From the human T2T-CHM13v2.0 reference genome, Homo sapiens, in the NCBI RefSeq assembly GCF_009914755.1, contig NC_060941.1: 64,000 nt of DNA; one strand, given 5' to 3'. The notes beneath the pieces are model-generated. The model was not told the DNA's origin. It saw only the letters and a program-made list of their open reading frames with translations, and ran no database searches. A program made the position numbers and the translations under genes. Shown in pieces: positions 45,583 to 62,835 of the stretch (positions are counted from its first letter, which is position 1; the number at the start of each line of letters is the position of its first letter).

Positions 45583-45815
45583 ATGACCAGGTCTCTGCTC
45601 CTTGTTGTGAGACACTCAACAAACACACATAAATAGATGAACATGTAATTCCAATACCGTGACAAACGCTATGATGAAAATGCATAAGCAGGCCAGGCAC
45701 AGTGAGTGGCTCATGCCCGTAATCCCAATGCTTTGGGGGGCCGAGGTGGGCGAATCACCTGGGGTCAGGAGTTCGAGACCAACCTGGCCAACATGGTGAA
45801 ACCCGTCTCTACTCA

Positions 45816-45956
<141 letters not shown>

Positions 45957-47353
45957 CTAGCCTAGGCGACAAGAGTGAAACGCCCTCTCAAAACAAAAAA
46001 GAAAAAGAAAATGCATAAGCAGTAAAGAGTGGGGGTCAAAGGCCTGGGTTTGAGAGCCACACAGCTGGTTTATATCTCAACTCTGCTACTTCCTCAATGA
46101 TTTGGGGCAAATTACATAACCTCCCTTGGCCCCAGTTTCCTCCTCAGTGAAGTGGAGATAACAACAGGATCTGAAGCACGCATGGTGGCTCATCCCTGTA
46201 ATCCCAGCACTTTAGGAAGCCGAGGCAGGAAGATTGCTTGAGCCCAAGACTTTGAGATCAGCTTAGGCAACATAGCAAGACCTTGTCTCTCCAAAAAAAT
46301 AGCCAGGTGTGATGGCACACACTTGTGGTCCCAGCTACTCAGGAGGCTAAGGTGGGAGAATCACTTGAGCCCAAGTGGTCAAGGCTACAGTGAGCTGTGA
46401 TCACACCACTGCACTCCAGCCTGGGCAACAGAGCAAGACCCTGTCTCAAGAGAAAAAAAAAGGACAGGATCAAGATAGTTCACTTTCAAGGTTTATAAGA
46501 GTGATAACAGTGGCTGACATGTATTGAGTTGTTGATAAACACTAGCTTTTATTATTTTAGATGGGTGGTTCAGGCAGGCTTCTTGGAGGAGGTGACTGCC
46601 ATATGAAGATCTGCAGAAGAAACAGCACAAACAATGGCTTTAGGAAGGAGGGAACCAAAGCTTGTTTATGAAGCAGGAAGAAGACCAGGGAGGCCAGAGT
46701 AGAGTGAGGGAGGAGGAGAGTGGGGTGAGGGAGGAGGAGAGTGGGGTCAGGTAGGGTCAGGCCACGCAGGGACTTGAAGGTCTTTGATGGGAGTTTGCAT
46801 CTGGCCAAGAGGGATGGGCAGCCGGGGGAGGTTTTAAGCAGAGGATACACAAAACCTGGTTTCCACTTTTAAAAGTCGGCTTTGTAGCAAGGAGCATGAA
46901 CTAAAAGGGGTCAGAAGTAGAGGCTGGGTACGGTGGCACACGCCAATAATCCCAGCAGTTTGGGAGGCCGAGGCAGAAGGATCATTTGAGGCCAGAAGTT
47001 CAATACCAGCCTGGGCAACACAGTGAAACCCTGTCTCTACAAAAAATTCAAAAATTAGGCCAGATGCAGTGGCTCATGCCTATAATCTCAGCACTTTGGG
47101 AGGCTGAGGAGGGCAGATCACCTGAGCTCGGGAGTTCAAGACCAGCCTGGACAATATGGCGAAACCCCTTCTCTACCAAAAACACAAAAATTAGCCAGGC
47201 ACAGTGGCACGTGCTTGTGGCCCCACCTACTCGGGAGGCTGAGGTGGGAGGATTGCTTGAGCCTGGAGGTGGAGGTTGCAGTGAGCTGAGATCCTGCCAC
47301 TGCACTCCAGCCTGGGTGACAAAGTGAGACCCCCTCTCAAAAAAAAAAAATTA

Positions 47354-48530
<1,177 letters not shown>

Positions 48531-48740
48531 CCATCTGTGTTTTGGAGGAAGAGCCGATAGGGCTTGTGAAAGCACTGGGTATGCAGAGTGAGAGAGAGAT
48601 GGAAGACTTCCTGAGTCTGAGCCATGAATAGCTGGGCGGTGCCATTTCTTGAGATAGGAATGACTTGGAGTGAGGGCCTAGGAGGGACACTAAGAAGAGA
48701 GTTGTTATTCTGGATGTGTTAAATTTGAGATGTCTCTTAG

Positions 48741-49361
<621 letters not shown>

Positions 49362-50567
49362 TAGTGTGGAATTCAACCTCCTGTCCTGCCCCGGATGTTA
49401 CTTTTATTGACAGTGTATCCCTTACAACATCAAATTTCCCTTTCTTTCCTCCCCTGTTTGTTAATTTGTGATCAATTTCCAATTTCCTCTCCTTTCCTTT
49501 TTTCTTCCTTCTCGCTTTCACCCTTTCCATTTCTCCTAGCTTAGCTAGAATTAAATTTCTTATTTTCATTTTCCTGGGTAATTTTGTCTCTCCCATTTAT
49601 TTTCTCTTCTCCAGGTATCCCCAGCTTTAATTCCCTCCTAAGTTTATCAGAGAATGACCCTTCGTCCAACATCATCAGGGCCCAGGTACAAGATTCAGCA
49701 GGTTCACTCTTCAGAGTCTATATGGACGTGCCAAAAACGCAGCCACCTTACATCGAAGAGGAGGTATTGGAAGAAGGGTTGAAGTGGATGTGAGATGAGA
49801 TGGGTGAGAATTGTCTTACTGCTTTTATTATTTCAATTAGACAACTGAGGGCGAAAAGCCCTTGTGCCTTTTCCAGTGCATCCTTTGTGTAGACACTGTG
49901 ATTATGTAACATATATGCTTGGCATATTTTGCAAATATTTATTGAATCATTTGGTTTGACAGCCAAGATCTATGGGACCCATGCTCCCAGATGCTAGATC
50001 ACAGATTGCATAAGGAAAGAACATGTGGTGTCTACAAAATCTGCAATGTTGAAACTCTCCACTTTGGGCATTATCCTGGCTTGCTTTCTATATTTCTATT
50101 AAAAAGTAAAGAGAGCTGGGTAAGTGGCTCACACCTGTAATCCTAGCACTTTGGGAGGCTGAGGCAGGAAGATGGCTTGAGGCCAGGAGTTCAAGACCAG
50201 CCTGGACAACATAGTGAAACCCCCATCTCTACAAAAAATTTAGAAATTAGCTGGATGTAGTAGTGCATTCCTGTGGTCCCAGCTACTCCAGAGGCTGAGG
50301 TGGGAGGACCGCTTGGGCCCAGGAGGTCAAGGCTGCAGTGAGCTGTGATCATGCTACTGTACTCCAGTCTCAAATAAATAAATAAATAAATAAATAACAG
50401 GAGAAATCTGTCTGCTCAATGTTCTGAATAAGACTATACTGATCAGGACTGGGCGCTGTGGCTCATGCCTGTAATCCCAACACTTTGGGAGGCTCAGGCG
50501 GGCAGACCACCTGAGGTCAGGAGTTTGAGACCAGCATGGCCAAAATGGTGAAACCCTGTCTCTACTA

Positions 50568-50834
<267 letters not shown>

Positions 50835-51769
50835 CTACCAGGCATGGCCACCCCATGTGTCATCTGCCCCCAAATCACTGGATAGCCACTCCAACTTGGG
50901 TGCCCAAACTGACTGTAGAGACCCACCCTTAGGCAGAGATCAGGAAGCAGTGTGGGTACCATCCGAATGGTGCTCAGAATTGTTTGAGCCATCTGTTTCT
51001 TGATATTCTGAAATTTTCTTTGAAGCTAATAATGTGACAATGTAGAAAGATCAAGGACTTCTAGAGCCAGGGGATCTGAAGACAGGCACCTGTGTGAACT
51101 CACGCAGGTTGCTTGATGCTAAAGGTTATCACACAACACACATGAACTCATCCCTATACCAGAACTAAACTATGGCAATAAGGCGAAAAGGTGCCTCTTT
51201 CACTCAGGTACCTCCTAATACCTTGAGAAAAAAAGGCTCCAGGTTCTCATCTCTGTCTTGCTGTCCCCGGCACAGTGCCTGGCCCGGCTGTGGCAGCTGA
51301 GGTCTTTGCCCCTGATCCGTGGTTTTGATGGTCCCAGCTGATATGCAGAAGGCAGAGGAAGGGGGTGGTGCTGTCCTGGGAGGCAGAGGACAAGGAAAGG
51401 AGCCATGGAGAGGAAAGAGTTAAAGACACATTTCCTCCAGGGCCAGGAGCTTTTCCAGTGACCAGGCAGTCAGGTGACAGCTTCTGTCAGTGCTCAGTTC
51501 TGCAGGCAGAGGAACAACAGTGGCATCTTCAGGCCAGTCAGATGAACTTGGCCAGGGAAATACAGAGGAAAGGCAGGGAACACCCTGATTTCAAACCACA
51601 CTCTGGACTAGGTGAGGTGGCTCACACCTGTAACCCGAGCACTTTGGGAGGCTGAGGTGGGAGGATCCCTCTAGCCCAAGAGTTTGAGACCAGCCTGGGC
51701 AACAGAGTGAGGCCCTGTCTTTACACAAAAATTAAAAAATTAGCCGGGCATGGTGGTGCACACCTGTTA

Positions 51770-52062
<293 letters not shown>

Positions 52063-52677
52063 GCTTACAGGTATTGTGCACAAGCGCAAGGACCATCCCA
52101 TACAAAGCCCTGGGCCCCCCACTATCCCTGATATGTTGACATTTCTCCCCTTGCTGTAAGAAAGGCTTCAACCAAACTCTCATGGAGCTGGAACCTTAGT
52201 GCAGTGTATATCAGTTAGGGCTAGGGCAAACCAGGGAAACCGATTTTGATTTTCAAAGAAACAAAATTGATCAGTAAGACACTGCACAGTTCATAGAATC
52301 TCTGGGAAAGATGGGGAGGCAGGTTCAGGGGACAGGCAGGAAGGAAGGAAGGGAAACAGAACATTTAAAACCTAGACGAGCACACCACATGGTGATTCTG
52401 TCGAGGACGTCATTGTGGGTGCCCACGGCTGCCACCAGCACCACCGCCAGCATTAGCAGCTGGGAGCTGGAGCTAAGTTCACTGCCCTTGCTGTCCTTAG
52501 GGAGTGGATGTTGCCGGTGATACCTGTGCCACCACCAAAATGCAATCGCCCCTGTCACCTGCGATTTTTTTTTTTTTTTTTTTTTTGAGACAGGGTCTTG
52601 TTCTGTTGTCTAGGCTGGAATGCAGTGGCCCAATCATGGCTCACTGACGCAGTCTCGACCTCCAGAGGCTCAAGTGA

Positions 52678-52905
<228 letters not shown>

Positions 52906-54049
52906 TAGCTGGGATTATAGATGTGCGCCACCACGCCCAGCTAATTTTTGTATTTTTAGTAGAGACAGGGTATCACCATGTTGGCCAGGCTGGTCTCGAA
53001 CTCCTGACCTCATGTGATCTGCCTGCCTCGGCCTCCCAAAGTGCTGGGATTACAGGCATGAGCCACCCGGCGCGCGCCCCTTTTTTTGTATTTTTTTGTA
53101 AGGACGGGGTTTGGCCGTGTTGCCCAGGCTGGTCTTGAACTCCTGGGCTCAAGGGATCCACACGCCTTGGGCTCCCAAAGTGCTGGGATTACAGCCTGCT
53201 TCTTAATGTCACTAACTCTTCACCCAAGTCCTAGGCGCTTGTGCCTGCTGTGCCAGTCCCAGGCCGCAGGCTGGCACCGTAGCTATAAAGGGCGCCAGAA
53301 AAAAAGATTTTGCTAGATAGCGATGAATTCCCCAATCACAGAAAGGAGATACTGCGGATGCTTATCAGCCGAATACCAGTAAGTGTCCCTTGCAGAATGG
53401 GATTAGAGACTGCAAACTGCAGGCCTGCCAACAGAGGGTGCTCTGTGGGAAATTATGTGAAAATGTAGAAAAGAGCGCGAGCCAGTAATTTAAAAATCGA
53501 CGTCCAAATACTCACTGGGTCACCTATCAGCTATGTAATTTGGGCAGGTAAATAAGCTTTTGTTTCTTTTTTTTTTTTCCTCATAAATGGACTAGGAATA
53601 TTACTCCTACCTACCTGGCATGGCCGATGTGCGAGAAAATGAGATAATCTCGTGGACAGGCTCTGAAAACTGCACTTTTACTGAGTAAAAAACCCTTTGC
53701 CTCTCCGGGCCCCCGTTTCCCCATCTGTAAAATGAGTCTGTAAAGTGAGAATGATACTCCCTACGCCGCAAGGCTCTTGCGGGTTAAACTGGAATATTAT
53801 AAATGCACCATTTATTTGCAGATTGAAATTCTGTGCGTCCGGAGGTGGCGGGTGGGAGAGGGAATGAGCAGGGATGCAGGGTAGGCCCTGAGTTGCTGGG
53901 GGCTCAGCATGGCCGCTGCGCACATTGCATCATTTTGTCGACACTGGTGTGGGTGAAATCTTCCAAAAGAAATTAAAACAGAAAAAAAAAAAAAGAAGGG
54001 TCTGGGACTTAGCAGAAACAAGCCACAATCTCCAGATTCTACTATTCCT

Positions 54050-55210
54050 GGGCCACGTGAGGAGCGCCCACCCGTCTGGCGCTGCGTTCCCCGGGGCGTC
54101 CCAGCCTCTCCCGCCCAGCCCGCCGCCCTCCTCCCCCATGGCCACCAAGGTCAGGCTCTCGCAGGGAAAACGTCTTCAGGGGCTAAACATCGGTTTTAAA
54201 CGAAATGGAAAACCTCCAACACGAATCAACAGCAGAGGAAAAGCAGACGCCAAACAAGCGCTCAGAACCCCTTCAGGGGCGGCGTGGTAGCTCTTCCCGG
54301 GGAACAGCGAGGGGCGCGGATGTCCCTCTTCCTAAAACTGCACGCGGGGTGCGATCCGAGACCCAGCGGCGGCGAGCGCGCCCGAGTCTGCTCGCGGGCG
54401 CCAGGCGCGCGGAGAGCGGCGGCTGCGCCTGCGCCAACGCCGTCAGTCCGCGGGGCCCGATCCCGACACCTAACTCCACAGAGAAGCTCTGCTCCTAAGG
54501 GAAAGGGAAGACTTCAGCCACAGTTTCGCAGCCAACCTGGCGACCTCACCTCTCTGGCGACCTCACTTCCCAGCCGGCTCCGTTTAAGAAAACCCCGCGC
54601 AGGACCGCGCCCGCCCCCGCCCCCGCGCCCGCCCCCGCGCGCCCGCCCCCTCGCGCCCGCCCCCTCGCGCCCGCCCCCTCGGGTAACAAACATGGCCCCC
54701 GGCGGGGCGGAAGCGCTTCCGCCCCCAACGAAGATGGCGGAGGGGGCGGGACTAAAAGGGCGTAGGTAGATCGCCGGGGGCTGACGAGTGCACCATGGCC
54801 ACCGCGGCAACCTCACCCGCGCTGAAGCGGCTGGATCTGCGCGACCCTGCGGCTCTTTTCGAGACGCATGGAGCGGAGGAGATCCGCGGGCTGGAGCGCC
54901 AGGTTCGGGCCGAGATCGAGCACAAGAAGGAGGAGCTGCGGCAGATGGTGGGCGAACGGTACCGCGACCTGATCGAGGCGGCCGACACCATCGGCCAGAT
55001 GCGCCGCTGCGCCGTGGGGCTAGTGGACGCCGTGAAGGCCACCGACCAGTACTGCGCCCGCCTCCGCCAGGCCGGCTCGGCCGCGCCCCGGCCACCGCGG
55101 GCCCAGCAGGTCAGTCCCCGTGCCCCCACCCTGCGACCCGCAGGCGGGTCCCGGAGCCCCTGGCCTTGCAGGTCAACCCCGCCCCCCTCTGTCAGTCCCA
55201 GACCCCGCGA
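54050..55210. promoter_or_regulatory. COG1 CpG island promoter
   Basis: CpG-dense; NRF1-like TGCGCCTGCGC 54424-54434; GC boxes; ETS GCGGAAG cores; YY1 motif AAGATGGCGG 54731-54740. Confidence 0.92.
54795..55109 (+). CDS. COG1: COG1 coding exon 1 (conserved oligomeric Golgi complex subunit 1)
   Basis: MATAATSPALKRLDLRDPAALFE...LRQMVGERYRDLIEAAD (Vps51/COG1-type N-terminus); Kozak accATGg; donor CAG|GTCAGT; 315 nt, phase 0. Confidence 0.97.
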
Positions 55211-55885
55211 GTCCTCACCTTCCTTAGCCAGGAGCCTATCCGCCCCTCACCCTTTGGGCCCCCCTCAGAGGACAGTGCCAGCCTTCCTTGCACATATGCG
55301 GCTGCTGATCCGTTCTGGAAATGCCATTCAACAGTTTCTTCAGGCGCTTTCCCCCGACTTCCGGGCCTTGATTCCTACACCTCACTGGGCTCCTTTCAAT
55401 TTTAGCGGAAAACGCCAGGAGTTTCTGTCTTGACAGTTCAACGCTCACCTATATAACATGTCCTGACATTGTTTTTCCTCAGGTTTCTCCCCTATGTTGA
55501 CACCTGCACTCCAAGTCATTTCTTCCTCATCCCAACCTTCCCCTTATCTCCCCAAGAATAACTTCCACAACCCCAAATAGCTGTTCTACCCTTTGGGAGT
55601 TGTTGAGGGTACCAGCTATCAAGCCCTTAACTTTATGTATGTATGTGACAGGGTCTCCCAAAGTGCTGGGATTACAGTCATGAGCCACCACAGCCGGCCA
55701 AGCCCTTACCTTTTAATAGCTGAACATTTTCATTTTCAGAACTAAGGCTTTTTTCATTCAGGTTCTCCTTATCCCGTGTTCTTCCCCCCAAACGCTATTG
55801 ATTAGACACAATGAGGAAGGATGGGAGGTAAACAAACACATCCTCATATTGGAGCTGCAGCTTGCGTTCCTAAAGAATTTTTATT

Positions 55886-56540
<655 letters not shown>

Positions 56541-56995
56541 TGAAAAAGGTAAACAGTTAGTTGTTTTTAACAGCCTGGGAGAACTTACTGGGACATAGAA
56601 GAAAAAATTGAAAAGTACAGTCTAACTCCAATTTGGAACTTGTTCATGCTATCTGAGCTTTACAGAAATCCTGGTCAGTAGACTGGACTGACACAATAAA
56701 ACTATAGGAAGTTGCAAATAAGTTTGCATATTTTTGAAATGAGTGACCTCATCCCTCCCAAAGCTAACATTTAGTACACGTGTCCCCTTAGGTGGCCAGC
56801 CTTTGCTGTAACTGAGTCATGCTTCAGGGTTTATTAAAACGCTAACTTGAATTATGCCTGATTTTAGAAACGTATTGATTTTCATAGTTGTTATATCTGG
56901 TTTATTCTCGGTTAACCCTACAAAAATTTGAGTGTCTTCTTCGTTCACATTACAAAGAAACAGAAGTCCCCCAATTCCTGCTCTGAAGGAGCTTA

Positions 56996-57415
<420 letters not shown>

Positions 57416-58231
57416 TCACTTGAGGTCAGGAGTTTGAGACCAGCCTGGCCAACATGGTAAAACCCTGTCTCTACTGAAAATACAAAAATTAGCCAGGCAT
57501 GGCGACACGCACCTGCGATCCCAGCTACTCAGGAGGCTGAGGCAGGAGAATCACTGGAACCCGGGATGTTTGATTCCCAAAATAATTGTGTATATTTACC
57601 CTAGGAGTTCTGAAGGAAGTCAGTTTAGGCTTGGGTTGTTCTTAGTAAGGAGGGACCTTAAGGGCATGATGAGATTTGGAATTTAGGTTTCTTAGTCCAT
57701 TTGTGCTGCCATAACAAAATACCTGAGATTGGGCAATTTATAACACAAGTGTATTTTTCACAGTTGTGGGTCTGGGAAGTCCAAGATTAAGGCACTGGCC
57801 TTTGATGTCTGGTGAGGGCCTTCTTGCTGTATCCTCACGTGGGGGAAGGTAGAAGAACCTAAAAGTTGCCTCCAGCCCTTTTATGAGGCACTGATCCATT
57901 TGCTGTGGTTTGGATTTGTGTCTTGCCCACATCTCATGTTGAATTATAATCCCCAATGTTGGAGGTGGGGCCTGGTGGGAGACGAAAGTTTGCCTCTTCG
58001 TGGGGCTGAGCAAAAATGCACGCGTGTGTAGGAAAAACCATGGGATCTTACAACACTCCTGACTCTGGCAACTCTTCTACACTGGGCTTTGATGACTTGC
58101 TGAGTTGTACTGAACCCAGCTTAATAGAAGTTTTGTATCCTTAAATACCCCCAGATTTCTTCCTAAGCCTACAGAACACTGAGATTGCTTTTGTTCGTTC
58201 TTCTGGTTTAGTTCTGTGCCTTCCCCTGCAG

Positions 58232-58476
58232 CCACAGCAGCCATCCCAGGAGAAGTTCTACAGCATGGCTGCCCAGATCAAGCTACTCTTAGAAATTCCG
58301 GAGAAGATCTGGAGCTCGATGGAAGCCTCTCAGTGTCTCCACGCCACACAGCTCTACCTGCTCTGCTGCCACCTCCACAGCCTGCTCCAGCTGGATTCTT
58401 CTAGTTCCCGATACAGTCCCGTCCTCTCCCGGTTTCCTATACTCATCCGGCAGGTGGCAGCCGCCAGCCACTTCCG
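58232..58476 (+). CDS. COG1: COG1 exon 2
   Basis: Acceptor cccctgcag|; PQQPSQEKFYSMAAQIKLLLEIPEKIW...; donor CCG|GTAAGT; 245 nt. Confidence 0.95.
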
Positions 58477-58624
58477 GTAAGTGGATCCAGCGCAAAGAGC
58501 TGCTCTGGTGGTGGCCAGGCTTCACATTACGGGTTTATGGCGTTTGTCTTCTTTCCTGATGTACCAAAGCTCTTTACCCAAGATGTGAAAAACACCCTGG
58601 CGACTTCTGTCATCATTTTTCTAG

Positions 58625-58806
58625 GTCAACTATTCTGCATGAAAGCAAGATGTTGCTCAAATGCCAAGGTGTGTCTGACCAAGCTGTGGCCGAGGCCCTG
58701 TGCTCTATAATGCTCTTAGAAGAGAGTTCTCCTCGCCAAGCCCTCACAGACTTCCTGCTGGCCAGAAAGGCAACTATTCAGAAACTTCTCAACCAGCCAC
58801 ACCATG
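58625..58806 (+). CDS. COG1: COG1 exon 3
   Basis: Acceptor ttttttctag|; ...AVAEALCSIMLLEESSPRQALTDFLLAR...; donor ATG|GTGGGT; 182 nt keeps frame. Confidence 0.95.
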
Positions 58807-58950
58807 GTGGGTGTGGCTTCTGGCCAACATTTGGTCCTTAAATATGGGATGGAGAAGGGTGAGCTGCGGGAGACTGAAGCCTCCAGAGCGTCCTCTGTCT
58901 TTCACTTTGGGAAAGGTAATTGTTTCAAAGAGGATGGTTTCTTCTTTTAG

Positions 58951-59121
58951 GTGCTGGTATCAAGGCTCAGATTTGCTCATTAGTGGAGTTGCTGGCCACC
59001 ACTCTGAAGCAAGCTCATGCCCTTTTCTACACTTTGCCAGAAGGACTGCTGCCAGATCCAGCCCTGCCATGTGGCTTGCTCTTCTCTACTCTGGAGACCA
59101 TCACAGGCCAGCATCCTGCCG
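58951..59121 (+). CDS. COG1: COG1 exon 4
   Basis: Acceptor cttcttttag|; AGIKAQICSLVELL...; donor CCG|GTGAGC; 171 nt. Confidence 0.95.
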
Positions 59122-60119
59122 GTGAGCTCTTAGCCAAGCTTTTTAAATTCTGGTTCACTCAACTGATAATTTGCTCAGCGTCTACCGTGTGCCAGCCACC
59201 ATGCTAGGCTCTGGGGATAGAGCAGTGAACTGGACAAATAGAGGCCCTTCCTTCATCGAGGCCACAGTTGAGTGGTAGAAGCAGGTATCAGACTCACAAA
59301 TATGCGAATATCCATTTAGTGTCTATATTGGTCATTGCTAGAAAGGCTTAGTACAAGTTGCCTTGGGAACATTGAATGGAAGTAACTCACCAAGGTCAGA
59401 GAAGGCTTCCCTGGAGAAGCCTTTAACCTGAAAGCTGAAGGTTGAGTGGGAGTCACTTAGATGAAGAAGGCAAGCAACAGGCTTTCAGGCAAAGGGAAGA
59501 GGATGTGCAAAGATCCTGAGGCAAGAAGAAACTGTAAGACAGCCAGTGAGGCATTGGGTGAGGGGGAGAGCTGCTTGAGCAGAGACTGGAGGTGGGGCCA
59601 GGGGCCAGATAATGCCCAGCCTTGTGAGCGAGGCTAGGGAATTTAGACTTTATCCAAAGAACAATGGAAGCCTCCTGGGACCTTCCAGGCTTGGTGCGGA
59701 CCCTCTGTTATGTGTGCCCGTGCATCCTGTACTTTTATTTGGTAGCATTTATCGCAACTGAAATGAAATAAATGAATTTGGCTTTTAGGTGGCAATAGAT
59801 CCCCTTGGGGCTAGAATGGATGCCAAGAGCTCACTTAGGAGGCTGTTGCCACGATCCAGGTGTCAGCCGCTGGGAGCTTGGGTTACGAAGGAACAATAGA
59901 GACGGAGCTAATTGCAATGTTCGGACGTCTGTTTAGGAGGAGAGGATTTGGTGACAGATTGGCTGTAAGGATGTGAGAAGGGAGGTGACCAAGTTAAGTA
60001 GAAATGGAGCTGGTTTGAAGTGGCCGATGATGGGTTCACTTTGAAATGGCCCAGTGCTGTGGCTCACATCTGTAATCCCAGCACTTTGGAAGCTGAGGCA
60101 GTCCAGGAGTTTGAGATCA

Positions 60120-60311
<192 letters not shown>

Positions 60312-61248
60312 TTAAAAAAACGAAAGAGAGAAAACGTTGCATTGGCGATGGCTGAGGCCTTGGAATGGGACTGTGAAGCGGGCAGGTGCCTGAGGGCCCA
60401 GAACAGATCGCTGGGAGGTCTAGTTGGAGACACACTGTTGTACATCTGCATGTGGCTGTTATTTCAAGCTGTGGGAATGGATGACATCATCAGTAAGGAG
60501 ATGACAGAGGACTCTGCCTTATGGAACTCCAGAAATCCAAGGTCAAATGGAGGTGTCAGCAAAATTGACAAAGGAGATACAGCCAAAGGTAGAAAGGAAA
60601 CAGAAGAGTGTGGTGGTGGCCACGTGGCTGTTTCCAGAGAGAGGTGCTTAATGTCACCTCATCTTGGCTCACTTTATCTTTCAACTCCACCTCCTTATGC
60701 TTCGCTTTCCCTCAAGGTGCTTACATTTAATACCTCATCCCACTCAGGAAGGGTGGGTACTGGCTGACTTGTCATGGCTTTAGAAAGCAGTACAAGGGGC
60801 CTTGGGAGGGCCCTGGGTTTCAAACTCCGGAGGGTGCCTTATGCTCAGAACACAGTGAACGGGGCCTCCCAGAGTTGCGCAGTGCAGGCCTGTCCCCTTC
60901 TTGACAGGTCACCTCTGAAGAGCTATGAACGACTCAGTTAATCAGGATAAGCAGTCATCGATTCTTTCCTTCCATCTTCGGGGGAGGTAGGAGGATTGAG
61001 AGGAAAGGGAAGCCATTACCTTTTGCTTTTTTGACAACTTAAGTTCTACTTTGAAAACCCCCAGGACTGCATAGCACTCATTTCTTCTTTCTACTCTTTT
61101 GATCCCCGTTTTTGTTTCCTCCCGATCTTTGCCATTCTTCTCAACCAACAGAATGACCAGAGTTGTGGGGCGGCTGCCACACTCCCTGATGGGACCTCAC
61201 ACGTGTCCCGTACTTTCTCTTTCCTTGTATTTCAGAAGTCCAGTTTGA

Positions 61249-61482
<234 letters not shown>

Positions 61483-61591
61483 TAGAGGTGAGGTTTCACT
61501 GTGTTGCCCAAGCTGGCCTGGCCTAACTCCCTGTTTCAATATGCACTTCAAAGGGTGGCCTAGATGGCTTCTCACTTGGCCTTCTCTTTAG

Positions 61592-61748
61592 GAAAGGGCA
61601 CTGGTGTCCTGCAGGAAGAGATGAAACTCTGCAGCTGGTTTAAACACCTGCCAGCATCCATCGTCGAGTTCCAGCCAACACTCCGAACCCTTGCACATCC
61701 CATCAGTCAGGAATACCTGAAAGACACGCTGCAGAAATGGATCCACAT
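61592..61748 (+). CDS. COG1: COG1 exon 5
   Basis: Acceptor ttctctttag|; KGTGVLQEEMKLCSWFKHLP...; donor CAT|GTAAGT; cumulative CDS 1070 nt. Confidence 0.95.
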
Positions 61749-62292
61749 GTAAGTAACCAGAAAGAGCTTCCCTGCAGCTGGCAGGAGCCACCCATGCAGC
61801 CTTGTACGGGGCATTACAAGGGTCAGCGAGGCATGTGCAGAAAGCCTGTCCTGGATGGCGTGCTGCCCATCAGCCAGCCTCTCACTCTGTGACCCATTGC
61901 CACCTTTGAGGTCATTCAGCACCCGCTGTGGGAGAACCAAGAAGGAGTTTGTCTTTCAAAAGGTTATGTGGGAGTTTTAAATTCTCTTTATGTGAGAGTT
62001 CTGCAACTCCTGTTTTTACTTAATGCATTGTTTTTTTAAGCCATTCCGCAGGGTCCAGACTTGCGTATATCCTCGGGGAAGCAAGGGTAGGCCTGGTGTG
62101 GGCAACAGACTGCATGCCCCAACCCAGCCAAAACGCTCTGTGTTGCTACAGATCTATCAACACTGAGACACATAGATATTTATCTACTGGAACTCAGATA
62201 AGAGATTGTCAAATGGGATTCTGATGTTTTTCTTAATAAAGATGTGAACACCATGCCTCTGATGGAGCCCAAAGAACATGATTCTGTTGCAG

Positions 62293-62503
62293 GTGTAATG
62301 AAGACATTAAAAATGGGATCACCAACCTGCTCATGTACGTGAAGAGCATGAAGGGTCTCGCGGGAATCCGGGACGCCATGTGGGAGTTACTTACCAATGA
62401 GTCCACCAATCACAGCTGGGATGTGCTATGTCGGCGGCTTCTGGAGAAGCCGCTCTTGTTCTGGGAAGATATGATGCAGCAACTGTTCCTTGACCGATTA
62501 CAG
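62293..62503 (+). CDS. COG1: COG1 exon 6
   Basis: Acceptor tgttgcag|; ...MYVKSMKGLAGIRDAMWELL...FLDRLQ; donor CAG|GTGAGC; cumulative 1281 nt (phase 0). Confidence 0.95.
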
Positions 62504-62835
62504 GTGAGCTGGACAGTCACATGGTCTACCTGTTTTATGGCCAATCCTAGTGGTATTTTGACTGTCTTGGGAGATTTCTGTCGCTTCCCAAGTATATTCT
62601 TTTCCTGCTTAGTAACAGATCCAGAGTCTAGAGCTGAAAATACACCAGGCCTCTGTCACTTGATTGGGAATGGGCCCATGTTCATCAATAATGGCTTTAT
62701 TCTCTGCCAACACCATGCCATCTTTCTGAAGATGGTGAACCTTCTGAATGCTAGGATAAATTACCATTTGGTACTTTTGTTTTGAAACGTCCTTAAAGGA
62801 ACTGTGATTAGAACTCTTCTCTCATTCTCTTTTAG

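Noticed and set aside
46703-46747. 22-bp direct repeat gtgagggaggaggagagtgggg
   Set aside because: Ordinary slippage inside an old L2-like remnant
49560-49800. Pyrimidine tract plus CAG followed by an open stretch, suggesting an exon
   Set aside because: No matching donor or homology I can support
54734-54769. Strong-Kozak ATG (aagATGg) with an 11-codon ORF upstream of COG1
   Set aside because: More simply explained as a YY1 motif and probably upstream of the TSS, which I cannot place from sequence alone
54205-55433. Overlapping ORFs at the COG1 promoter and the 212-aa exon 1 read-through ORF
   Set aside because: GC-rich artefacts; the true coding frame leaves at the 55109 donor
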